Assembly (NCBI GenBank): GCA_030248215.1
Contig: JASANG010000245.1
Coordinates: 124,001-188,000 of the forward strand
Source of the DNA: Enoplolaimus lenunculus
Taxonomy: Eukaryota
Reading direction: 5' to 3'
Length of the DNA stretch: 64,000 bases
Under the pieces are notes generated by a model. That model had not been told where the DNA came from, ran no database searches, and was given only the letters and a program-made list of their open reading frames with translations. This document shows, in pieces, positions 1 to 13,100 of the stretch (positions are counted from its first letter, which is position 1; every line of letters starts with the position of its first letter). Made by a program: the position numbers and the translations under genes.

Positions 1-127
1 GGCTGTCATCTATTTTAACCCATATCCTTTTATATGGGTGTTTCAGTTATGCCAGCAAATCTCTAGCTCGCTACTTACAAGTGTAATTTTTAGATCTGAA
101 TATGCTGCTATGAGTATAAGCAACATA

Positions 128-570
128 TTGTAGTGACCCGAATAACATGGGGGTAATAAGATGGGGTCCCCATTTTGAGTCCCAATCAATAGGAGTCCGT
201 ATTTCTAATGAGAGTGCGAAAGCGGATAGAGTCCCTGAACCGTAATTAAAGTACATAAATGTCAACTATCCCTAATTACAGTGCATAAATGACTCCTTGA
301 CCAAAGAAAGTTGAGTTCGAAATTTTGAAGCGTACTTAAGTCTTGAAAGTACATTCCTAAGTGTAAAACCTTTCATTATCGCTCAAGCTATTAACACAGG
401 ACAAATAATCGTTAAATTCAACGGACAACTGCAGTACCGGATACATATCAGTAACGAAGGGTGACGGAGCGTGGGTTAAAAATTAGTAACAGTCCGTAGC
501 GGAATAACAGGGGGTACCCTCTGGAGAGGCCAAATAAATGTCAGTCCCCCTCTTATTCGGGTCACTATAG
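128..570. mobile_element. TA-flanked MITE family D (Tc1/pogo-like); other copies 8734-9171, about 23697-24008, about 26600-27010, 29507-29599, about 45330-46003, about 50712-51078, about 62520-62665
   Basis: TIR ctgtagtgacccgaataaga / tcttattcgggtcactacag flanked by TA; shared internal sequence in both orientations. Confidence 0.8.
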
Positions 571-646
571 TATACTTGAATAATACATGTCAGTCTGGGT
601 AGGAACTGCGACTTCAGACCTCTGTACTAAGCAGCTGGAAATCGGC

Positions 647-719
647 GGGTTACGGGTGGTTTCGAACTAGCGACCTTCTGTGTGTCAGGCAGACGCTGTT
701 ACCACTTCGCCACGTAGCC
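647..719 (-). pseudogene. Degenerate tRNA-Val-like sequence (anticodon GAC) inside a repeat cassette
   Basis: Minus strand GGCTACG TG GCGAAGTGGTAACAGC G TCTGC CTGACAC ACAGA AGGTC GCTAG TTCGAAA CCACC CGTAACC; A and B boxes present, stems mismatched. Confidence 0.7.
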
Positions 720-1086
720 CGCCTCTCCAACTGCATTTTTCGTCGACTATATGTGTCGACCGTACAACACAATGTGCATTGCATTTATTGCATATGCACC
801 AGGACAAGCATGTCTTACATGCTTACAATACATCGTATTATGTATTAAAATTCATTTGGTTCAGGAAGCATTTACGCAACCTAATTAGTGCAATTGATGC
901 TTTATACACTCTAATTGGTAATTTTGGGCTTTATCTGTTTACGGACTCTTATTAGAGATATAAAGCTCTATTAGAAATAGATTCCACCGACTCTTATTAC
1001 TTCCTCTTTTATTTGGGTTATCTACAGTGCGGTTGACGTTTCGATTGTAATGAAGTATTTTAATTGTTCTCTGTTGTATGTTTAAG

Positions 1087-1183
1087 GTTTTCGTTTTGTC
1101 AGTATCCATTCATTTTGAGCATTAACGCGAAACGTCAAATTTTGGAAGGACACGCCGAACAGCAAATGATTGCAACTGCAAGG
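1087..1183 (+). CDS. HECTD2: HECTD2-like exon (FSFCQYPFILSINAKRQILEGHAEQQMIATAR)
   Basis: AG 1085-86, GT 1184-85; conserved pre-HECT segment. Confidence 0.88.
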
Positions 1184-4100
1184 GTGTGTATTCTACACCG
1201 GTTTAAGGCTTACAGGTTTCGGCTCATGTAAAGATCAGAGGCGGAACATATTTCTGTGCTACTAGAAAAGAGTAAGCTTAAGCTTTAGACTAATTTTTTG
1301 GCTTGGCTTAGGCTTAGATTTAGGCTTAGGCATAGGAATATGCTCATTCTTACGTTTTGGCTTAGGCTTAGGCTTAGAAATATTATCATTCTTATGCTTA
1401 GGCATAGGAATATGCTCATTCTTACGTTTTGGCTTAGGCTTAGGCTTAGAAATATTCTCATTCTTATGCTTAGGCTTAGGAATATGCTCATTCTTACGCT
1501 TTGGCTTGGGCTTAGGCATAGGCTTAGGAAAACGGTTACAGTACTTGTTCCACCCCTGTTCTTTATATTAGCCCATGTTTCTACGAGGCGGATATTATAG
1601 ACGTACTCAAAGAACGATTTAGGAAAAATGAAGATTAGCGGATATATAAATTGAAAAACTACCGGAATACATTTCGCAATTCTTATACAGACACCTCTTG
1701 ACAAGATTGCCAAAGTATTTTGTGTCTGTATTGACTGCATAAAACGGTTAAATAGCGTACGAAATCGTATTGATCTGTCGTAACCATATTCTCAAATGTG
1801 TGTAGCACTTATTACCAGTTTGTGATAGGACTTGTAACTTTCCAATTAGAGCATAATGCATTCTGAAATTTTACTCGTTTGTTGCACTTTAACTTCTGCC
1901 TTACCTCGATACAAATTTTGAATTCTGCCAACTGTTGTTGTTTGCCAGATTGAAAATCTATCGCTAACTGGTAATTATAGGTGCTATACATAGTTGAGAA
2001 TACGGTTTTGAACAGTAGTACAATAAACGTGTTAAAATCTCCTAGAAGCACATTGTCAACAATCGCGAATGGTGACAATCTCATTTCCATAATTCGAACC
2101 AAACCACTGACACTCGTGTGAATTAAGTATTCCTTGTGAGCTTTGAGGTATTTAAACACATTAATATTTCTGCTTTTAGGATAGCATTATTGGAAGTTTG
2201 ATGATTCCATCGCGAAGAACGCCTGATATGGATATGTTATTTCTGACAATTACAGTACGACGGTCACATTTACTCCAAGACTCGCTTGAAGAGGTAAGAT
2301 TTTTGTAATATTAAACTGTTTGTAACATTTTTTTGCAATTACGTTCCGATAACTTGCTATATTGTAGACGTTAGCTTTGCTAAACTGGTTTAGGTCTACA
2401 GTAATCTAAGCCTAAGCACATCGCCTAATCATGAAACTGGTTCTCCTGGCAAAGGTGGGCTTTTGTGATGCTGACACGCTCACATTTATATAGTTTAGGT
2501 TTTATAAACTAGTGCACCTTTCCGCACTACAGCACCAAACGCGTATCTGGTTGTAAAGTAATTGTTTATTACGGGCATCTTCAAGGTCGGATCAGGCTTG
2601 GTCTGCCATCATTCTAATCCTGCTGATAAGGACAAAGGTTACTGAAATTCGATTACCAGTTAAGCTTTATTCACACTTGCAAGTTTTTGCAGCAAAAAAT
2701 TGCACGTGCAACTTGCACGTACAAGTTTGGTTACAAAGCATCTTTGAAATTCTTGCAGCTGCAAATGATTCACTGGAATTCATGCTATTGAATGTAATTC
2801 GCATCTGTGAACGCAGTTGCAAGTCGCTTGAATTTGTTGAATTTACTGTTTGTTTGGTCAATCGGAATGTTTCTTTAAAAATACTTGCAGCTGCAAGTAT
2901 ATTTCGTGCAAGTTACAGCTGCGAGTTTTCGCTGCAAATACTTTTTACGTATGATGGTTCATTATTCGCATACGAAACATTAATAAATACCACGGCAAAA
3001 TGAACATGCGAAAATCAGTTGCACCGCTGTCTGAAATCTTTTAAGTTACTTTTTTCATGTATCAACAGATATTAGGTACAGAACACTGCAAAAAAATAGT
3101 GAGTCAAATTCACTCTCTCCGCAATTGGCTTTTCGGGGCTGCAAAAACTAAGTCAAATTCGACTCCGCCAGAGTTAAATTCGGACGGAGTCGAATTTTGG
3201 ACTTGACTCACCACCTTTTGTAGAGTATAAGTTTGCCAAATTTTCATAATATTGGCACTATAATTCAAGTATTCATTGTTTTAGCTTTCAAATAAACAGC
3301 GAAATTTTCGAAAAAAATTACGGGTTCAATTCGCAGGCGAACCAGGACTCGATATGGGTGGTCTGACCAAAGAGTGGTTTCAACTGCTTGTCGGGCAAAT
3401 ATTTCATCCAGATTATGGTAAAGTCCTTTACGCATATATTCAACGTTTGGTGAAATCAAATTCGCGTTGGGTTTGTAGCGTACAAGTACCATTGCGTACA
3501 ACGTCAGGGGCCGGGGGTGGTATAATGGTACGGTTACCAAACAGGTCCGTAGCCATAAGGCACCCAAGGGAACGACTAGGCAAAATAAACAGTTTTGGAC
3601 CTTGTAAACAATTTCAGCGTTGATTTTAAGTCATGTCACATTCTCGCGTGAGCCTTTAGAATTCTGACCCCCAAGCATTTTAGACTGCTTACATGGCTAA
3701 TCAAAAAAATTACGTTAAAGCATAAGCTTACACTATTGTAGTCCCACAGAAAAACGTTTCGACCCTGATCTTTACATGGGTCAGATACCAGACAGTGTCA
3801 GATCGTTTTAGCATAAGTTTGCTGTCAATCATTTCTACACAAACATTACTGTGGGAATTGTAATATTTAAACACAAATTGATTTTACTGCTAATTTATAG
3901 GAATGTTCGTGTATCATTCCAAAGCCGAAGTATTCTGGTTCAGTACTTCAGAAAGAAATCTCGAAAATCTACAAGAATACAATTTTATTGGTGTGGTAGG
4001 TTTAAAATCAACCGTGTGTGCTTTGATATCGGTTAAGCGGAAGACTTAAATTATGCTTAGCGAAAGTAGTCGATTGTAGCTAAAAATTATACACTTTAGA

Positions 4101-7100
4101 ATTTTAGTATATTTACCGTAGCCCAATGCGTAATTTAGCCCAATTCCGAATTGGGCTAGTCCAGGGCGTAATTACAACTTGGGCTAGCCTACGGCGTAAT
4201 TCTTTCTATGCGACAAGTGTATGCCTTGTGATTGGTTACTACCCCTTAATTCCGTACTCAAATAAGATTGGTTGATGCGAATACTTTTTTCTGATTGGCA
4301 AAACGATCGCCACCTATTGCACTGCCTATCAGTTTGTTTTAACTGAGCAAAGAGGAATTAAGCAGGATTACGACTATCAAGCAACCAATTAGGAAACGCA
4401 CAGATTTATCTGACACGATTTCGCCTTGGGCTAGCCCATGTCGTAATTGCGTTTTAGACTAGACTAATTTGGAATTGGGCTGAATTACAACTTGGGCTAC
4501 GACATATATTACATATTCATGTATATATACATATATATGTATATATAATATATATAGGTATAATATGCTTAAATTCAAATTTGGGCTTATGTTGATGCTT
4601 AGACTTAGCCTTAGGCTTAAGCCTATCGAAAAATTGTACAAAAGCTTGAAAATGAGCTAAAAATGGTATTTAAAGGTTTCGGTTGAACAGAAAACCCATC
4701 AACCATATTAGCAAATGATGAACCAGAACGACGTGTAAACGCGTTCTTTTGCCTGATACATGATTGGTTCGTTTTTTAGCTAATGGGACTGGCAGTCTAC
4801 AACGGCGTCATTTTAGACATTCGTTTTCCAGTTGTTTGTTACAAGAAATTACTCTCGCCAGCAGTTGTGCCGCGTTTTGCTGATATTCGCTATCTTCCGC
4901 TGGGTGTTGCTACGGTGAATTTGAGCGATTTAAGTCAATTTATGCCTGTAAGTTGTACGTAGCTGTGGTATTCGCGTTACCATGAGTCGATAATAACTCT
5001 TCGAGTGTGCAACTGGGCACAGCCTGTTTAGAAAAGAATGTACGCTGCACGCGTTGCGTTTTTGTCTCCGTTTATTAACGTGAACCTTGAGATTTGGCAC
5101 AGAAGTGCATAACATCAAGAGTAGATAATAACGTGAGTGTGTAACTCTTGGTGTCCGCTTGGTACAAAATGTACCACCGGGCGTTGCGTTTTTGGCCGAC
5201 CCCTCTTGTTTAGAGGGGCGGTCACTATCACATGAATACTCCTAAATTAAATTATTTGGGGATCATGTGTGACGCCGCATACATAAAGTGTCATGGTTCG
5301 CACCAGTTGTACTCCCCTCTAATCTTGCTTTATTTAAAAAGAAATTTTCACTTTAGGTTGTAGAAAATACGGTCAGGTATATATTCGTTTTTAAATCAAT
5401 AAAGTACTTTTTGAAAACGACAAAATTTCTATTCTAGCACATTTCAGTGCTAGCATTTGTCGCCTTCATGGAACATTCACGTACCTTGGAAGCAAGGGTG
5501 GGCCCCGTCTATATTCTGGCACAACGCGGATTATAAGTACCAGTTTGAATTATTTGGTATACTAAAATTGCGTTTGGTTTCTCGCTCGCTTCGTAGCTTT
5601 TTTACTGATAACTCGAGTGGGGGTTCGTTAGAACTTTCTGATTCCACCAGTGGTCCTCAGTACCCTCCTTAGATCACCGATATAGATCCTGCTGGCAGTG
5701 TGGAGTGAAAAAGTTTCAGTTGAAGTTGAAGTTTGCCAGCAAATCTTTTGTTTTTTTAGGAAACAGCCCGGGGTCTAAACGAATTGTTGAATTACGAAGG
5801 CGATGTTGAACAAGACTATGGATTGAACTTTCAGGTGAATTCAGAAATTACGCCCAATTCTGGCAAACTTTTTATTTTGCTATAATCATTTTTTACCCAT
5901 TATTTATGACACAAAACAATTTCAACCCAGGTAGGTTTGTGTTGTTTTAACTATTTTACAAAAGATCTGAAACGTTTCGTTTCGTCGAAAAATTCGTCCT
6001 CATAACAATTCAAGCTAAAAAAGCTTCAGTGTCCAGGATACTGAAGCTTTTTGGCTTCCGCTTCCGCGTGAAGGTTATTGAAGCTTTTCTGGCTTCAGTC
6101 TCCATGACACTACCCACGTAAAAGTCAACTGGTGTACGCATGTTATTGTGGAAGTTGCATTATTGATGTTTTTATTCTTTGTTAGGTCAGAATGCAGTCA
6201 TGTCCGTAACCATGGAGCGGCAAGGATGTGTGCCGCGCCCCCCACAAAACGTTCCGCAACTCATCTTTACATGGTCCTGGTAGCGTAAGCAATTTCAAAC
6301 AGGGTTGTTTTTTCCGGAAAAATTACGACCGGAAAAAATGAATTTTTTATATTTTGTTCCGGAAAAAATGGAAAAAATGGAAAAATTCATTCATTGTCTG
6401 AGTGATCGGTTATCCCACCTTTAGCCGGTATTTGCCCCAAAAATGCTTGCATTCTGAAACTTTTTGTATATTTGAGCTCCTGATGACACCACCTGTTCAT
6501 TCCATGCCCAAATCTAAATTTTTGAAAAATTTGGTTTTAAAGCCACAAGTTCAGCCCCTTGAAACCCAATTTTTTTCGAATAGTTGGGCAAGTTATATAT
6601 CATTTGACGCAGCTTGCAAAGTTGAGTCGAGTGGACTTAAACTTTCTGCAATCAGAAGTCGGCTTAACGAGTTGTTGTCAAATGATTGATTTGGCGCGCT
6701 GCCAACGATCATGGTTCGACGCTAGATCTAGTTATTTGACAATAACTCTTTAGCCAGACGTCTGTTTGGTAAATATTTAACAATATTCGTCTCAGCTCCG
6801 CAACCGTTGTGTCAAATGATATATAATTTGTCAAATTTTTCGACAAAAAATTTTGAGTCCAATGAAGGAATTTGCGACCTTAAAATTCGATTTTTTTATA
6901 AATTTAAGTTTGGGGGTGGATAGTCGGGGAAGGCTAGCAGAACATCACAAACTCATGAGTGGAGCGATCTAAACAAGTCACACTTGTTTTTGTAAAAATA
7001 TATTAAATCCCAAGACACTTTTGGGTTTTCTGACATCAAAGCCTCTCAATGGCTGCAACCTCTCGAGTAAAACGGGTTGAAGCTCGACGTATCCTTGTGT

Positions 7101-10100
7101 TAAATCATACGGTAAATGGCTAGGTTTCACTTTTGAGCTCCCTAACTTTGGTCCCACTGTGGACGAAACCTGGTGAGCGAGCCGAACGAGATACATATGT
7201 AATTTTAAATTAAATCTCGTGGCAAAGCTTCTATTTAGAAATTCATTTATATCGTCATAAGCTGCAATTTTCTTCACTCTTTTCGGACATATAATGTGTC
7301 CTGGTGTACACATACATACGGTCACTGTTAATGTGTTGCATGTAAAATAGTTACATGTCACTTAAAACGATATTTTATATCATATTTAGTTGCAACTTAT
7401 ATTTAGAATCGTTTAATATTTTTCCATTTTTTCCATTTTTTTCCACCCGCCTCGGAAAATAATGGAATAAAATGACAAAAAAAAACATTTTTTCCAGCCA
7501 GCAACCGCACTTTGAAATAATTGTTACAGATAACTGTGGACGAATTTGGTTCAATTCGAACAATTGAATTGAAAGAAAACGGTGCCGAAATTCCTGTAAC
7601 GAACGATAATCGCCAAGGTTCACCATTACATTGTTGAAATAAACAAAACCTATGACGTTTCTAAATATATTTCTTTTTTTACTTTTTCCTTAAATTATAA
7701 GCATTAAGCTACGTTCTCACTTCTTAGGGTAGCGCTAAACTTGTGATAACGTCCAGCGCCGTGCGTCACCGGTATGGTGATGTTTATCACCTGTCCAGCG
7801 CCGTCCGTCAACGTCCGTCATTCGTACGGAACAAGCACAATGTCGGACAATGACGGACAATGACGGACGGCTGGCGGACCGCGCCGGACTGTGTACCTCA
7901 AGTATAGCGCAATCCTTACATTTCGCTAAATGTTTTTAATATGGGATCACTGAAGTCGATTAATGCATCGTTCACAATAAAAAATGTCATTTTGCCACTG
8001 AAAACATTATAAGGTTGAGTTAATAGCACGTTTCAATTTTCAAAATTATAATACGTCAACCATGCCATAACGCAAAAAAAAACTGCGTTAACTCTACCCT
8101 TACTCGTGTTGCAAAATGCTCTATGACACGTATTAGAATAGAACTGACGCGTGTTAGGATAGGGTTAACGTATGGCAATTTTAAAATTTGACACATGTTA
8201 ACCCTACCCTGTAGTGTTTTCAGTGGCAAAATGAACCTTTTTATTGTGAACGATGCATAAATTAACATCTGCCAAATTAGCATTACAATTGCACACCTCT
8301 GAGTTTTCGTTCGAATTGCATTTAAGTTTAGCTGTTTATTTGTCGTCGGCTTCAGTCGCAGATCAAGCCAAAATTTCGCGTGTCCGAAGCCAGCCACAAT
8401 TTTCGCACCAAATCTTATTGGTTCTGCTAATTGCCTGAAGACCGCATGGATTCGGCGAAATTCGTCGAATCAGCCAATGGTCAGCTGAATTTCGTAAAAT
8501 TAATTGCTAAATATTTTAGTTAATTTTTCGGTTATTTTGTCTTGAAAATGAAGTTTCAGAATATGTTGACTGTTATGTTGAATGGCTTATCAACAAGTCG
8601 ATTTATCATCAGTTTCGGTCGTTTTATATTGGTTTTCATAGCGTTTGTGCTTCAAACGTAATGCTGGTAAGTTACCAGGTATTTTTGTTACATCAAAATC
8701 TTTTGCTTATAAATTTATGCCTAGCACACTATACTGTACGGACCCGAATATAAGAGGTGAGACTGATATTTATTTGGTCTCTCGATAGTGTACCTACCTT
8801 TTATTCGGTTACGGACTGGTATTTATTTTTAATCTGCCATCCGCCACCCTTCATTACTGATATGTATTCGGTATTGCAACTATCGGTGGAATTAAACGCT
8901 TGTCTTGTATCAAAAGCGTGAGCGATAATGCAATGTTATACTTAGGAATGCGCTTTCAAAACTTAAGTATGCTTTAAAGTTTCGAACTCAATTTTATTTG
9001 GTACTGGAGTCAATTATGCGCTACAATTACGAACAATTGACATTTATGAACTCTATTAGGGTTTAGGGACTCTATCCGCTTACGAACTCTTATTAGGGAT
9101 ATGGACTCCAATTGATTGGGACTCAAAATGGCGACCCCCTATTACCCCCTCTTATTTTCGAGCCACTACAGTATGTCAAAAGTGTTCAAAATAGTTATTT
9201 TGCACAACCAGTTTAGGTTTAACCTGGGTTCAGGTGCTTTAAAGCTGTAGTATATAAAATATTTAGTTCAGGAGTACCTACTAAAATCTGCTAAATCAAC
9301 GCTGATACGCTGTCTTTTAAACACTAAACTTTCAAAGAAATGGTTTTTATACGCTAAAAATTGAACTGTTTTGCTTATTTACTTAAAGATCTGGCCCATG
9401 TAAAGATCAGCGGCGGAACGTTTTTCTGTGGAACTGCAATAGAGTAATCTTATGCTTTAGACTATTTTTTGCTTGACTTAGGCTTAGGCTCAGGCTTACG
9501 AATATGTTCATTGTTGGGCTTAGGCTTACGAATATGTTCATTGTTACACTTAGGCTTAGGCTTGTGAATATGCATATATTACTGTTTCGCTCTTGTATTT
9601 ACATTAGCCTAACGACCACCTGTGTCTGTTTAAGTTTCCGGTTGATAGAGAAATAGATTTGTTTTTGAATAATTTGACTTTGTCTGATTTTAACTCTTTT
9701 ACTAAATGTTTATTTTTTAGATGCTTCGTGCTGAGGAAGTTGAATTATTGGTGTGTGGTAGTTTAATCGTAGACATGAAGGAACTGAAGAAATTCACAAC
9801 GTACGACGGGTACGGCGTCAATGATAAGACGATAAGGTATGTGGGACCCCCAAATATGTAAGGTATTGTGTTTCTTGGTTTTGTACCTACCCTTATGAGA
9901 CAATGTATAGAATAGCGCCGTAACAGTACACTGCAAAAATGGTGAGTCAAACTGACTCTCACCAAAATAGGCTTTTCCTGACTACACAAACTGAGTCAAA
10001 ATTCGACTCTGCCAGAATCAAATTGAGTCGAATTTAAGTCAGCCGGAGTCAGATTTTGATTCAGTTTGTATAGTCAGGAAAAGCCTATTTCGGAGAGAGT

Positions 10101-13100
10101 CAATTTGACTCATCATTTTTTGTAGTGTAGCATTAGCATATTCGAAAACCTAAATATGTAACCAGATATCTGTTTCCGGTAAAAATCGGTGTCCGTTTTC
10201 ATTTCCGGTATAGAAATACCGAAAATGGTGTTATTTTCATAATGAAAATTAGCTATAAAGCACTTATATATCTTGCAATTTTTCATATGCTGATATGCTG
10301 TAATTGTTCGATATGAAGTAAAAATTACCAAATTCATTTAAAATCGTTAAAAATTTTGAAGCATCCGCTATTTTGTTCCAACTTACAAAAGCCTGGTGAA
10401 TATTTGTATGCTTCAATTGTTGTGGCAGAAAAAGACAACATCTTGGAAAGTTTTATTCCTCATTTTCCGTTTTCTGTTTCTGTTTCCGTTATTTTGATAA
10501 CTATCCGTATTCGTTATTTTTTACTTCCGTTTACACACTGCCAAATACCTACGACTAAAGCAAAAATTAGTCTCAAGCTAAACCTTACTCTATTGCAGTC
10601 CCATAGAAAAATGTTCCACCCCTCATTATGTTTACACATGCGAACCCTGCCCTATACCCGCGTCACAACTTCCCTAATACGTGTCACCAGAGCATGTTGT
10701 AACCCCAAGCGTTACGGTATGGTTAACACATTTTTACATAAAAGTAGGGACTGTAAATTTCAGTGAGTTGATTTTAACTCCGAATGACTTGAATCACTCA
10801 GTCTGAGTTAGAACTATCAGAACTCAGAATTTTGAGTTGATTCGATCCATTCTGAGTTAATCAACCAACTCACCTAGTGTCAACTCAAAGTGAGAATCAA
10901 CGCAACTCAAAGTGAGTTGATATTTACTGATATTAATTCAGAAATAACCAAATCCCTAGTTGAATTGTTTAATCAACTCACTGGAATTTACAGTGTAGGA
11001 ATACGCTCAATCTATTGTTACGCATCTTAAAGTAAACATTGGCCCATACTTTTTAGGCTGTTTTGGGATTTAATTGTAAAGCTGCCAATCAAACATCAGC
11101 GTCGGTTTCTGTTGTTTGTCACCGGTTCCGATCGAGTGCCTGTGGGTGGAATGCGAGAATTAAATTTTAAAATTTCCAAAATGGTTACAAGCTATTCAAA
11201 ATGTCAATTGACCGAAATGTAAGTCATCAATTTAACGTCGATTCAAACACCAAACAAACGCAAAACGGTACCGTATACATGCTTCCCGACGGCTTAGGTT
11301 TAGAAAAAAAAAGCTTATCGAAGCCTAATTTTTGACATTAACTTTTTGCCTAAATCTTCTTCTACCTAAGCCTAAATAGTAAACTTATAAATGTGAAATA
11401 AACGTGTACAAGCGCAGTGAAAAATCATTAGAATCACGGCCCAATGTTACTTTAAGGGACGTAACAGTAGATTAAGCGTATTCCTTAACCTAAGCCTAAA
11501 CCTAAGCGTTGCAAAACTATGCTCCTAAGCCTAAGCCTAAGCCTAAGCAAAAATATGTAATCTAGAATCTAAACCTACTCTTTTATGGACCCACCAGAAA
11601 TCTGGACGCCGCTTAAAGTATCATGGGCCAGAATCACTAAATAAAAAACATCAATTGTGAAAGTTTCAAAAAGAACTATTTATTTACTAAGCTTGTATTC
11701 ACAAATCAATAACCTGCTACCACGAGGTGATATGGGTGTAATTCATTAAGACGGAATGGCATAAGTTTTAGAACAATACACATTCCGCTGGTTAATTTGA
11801 GTTCGGCTGTGTTTTGTGGGAACACGCTATTAAAATATATTCATTTTTGTTCTTAAACAAGTCCCTAAGGCATACGTTCACCAATACGGCTAGCCACAGC
11901 ACTAACTGTCACACTAGGTTAGCTAGCAATGACGCTTGATTGATTCAGATGTTGCTGTAGTAGCTAGCCTTAGTGACAGTTGATGCCCGTGGCTAGCCAT
12001 ATTATGCCGTGGCTAGGCATATTATGCCAGGCTAGCCATATTATGCCGTGCCGTGGCTAGGCATATTATGCCGTGGCTAGCCATATTATGCCGTGCCGTG
12101 GCTAGGCATATTATGCCGTGGCTAGCCATATAATGCCGTGGCTAGGCATATTATGCCGTGGCTAGCCATATTATGCCGTGGCTAGCCATATTATGCCGTG
12201 CCGTGGCTAGGCATATTATGCCGTGGCTAGCCATATTATGCCGTGGCTAGGCATATTATGCCGTGGCTAGGCATATTATGCCGTGGCTAGCCATATTATG
12301 CCGTGCCGTGGCTAGGCATATTATGCCGTGGCTAGCCATATTATGCCGTGGCTAGGCATATTATGCCGTGGCTAGGCATATTATGCCGTGGCTAGGCATA
12401 TTATGCCGTGGCTAGGCATATTATGCCGTGGCTAGGCATATTATGCCGTGGCTAGGCATATTATGCCGTGGCTAGGCATATTATGCCGTGGCTAGGCATA
12501 TTATGCCGTGGCTAGCCATATTATGCCGTGGCTAGGCATATTATGCCGTGGCTAGGCATATTATGCCGTGGCTAGGCATATTATGCCGTGGCTAGCCATA
12601 TTATGCCGTGGCTAGGCATATTATGCCGTGGCTAGGCATATTATGCCGTGGCTAGGCATATTATGCCGTGGCTAGGCATATTATGCTGTGGCTAGCCATA
12701 TTATGCCGTGGCTAGCAATATTAGCAATATGGCTAAATTAGTGCTTCGACTAAAAGACATAATACTCTAACATCTTGGCAGTCTAAATAACAAAAGTTAT
12801 TTCTAAGGTCATTGAGGGTACACTGTTGTTGCGTCCACGGCATAAATGCTTGTTAGCAAAATATACACCGGTTTTCTAAAATTTTAATTAACAGTCATAA
12901 TGGCCCATGTATAGAACAGGGCCGTATCTTTTTCCGAAGGGGCTATAAATAGAGTTTGTTTAAGCTTTAGATTAATTTTTTTGTCTTAGGCTTAAGCTTA
13001 GGCTTAGGAATAGGCTCATCTATACGCTTAGGCTTAGGCTTAGGCTAAGGTTTAGGCTTATGCTTAGAAATATACTTATACTACTGTTGCGACCCTGTTC

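Noticed and set aside
647..719. Functional tRNA-Val gene
   Set aside because: T-stem and D-stem are broken, the GAC anticodon is atypical for eukaryotes, and it is embedded in a repeat
11987..12720. CRISPR interpretation of the tandem arrays (also 26143-26613 and 21385-21527)
   Set aside because: No unique spacers of CRISPR size, no cas genes, eukaryotic intron/intergenic context
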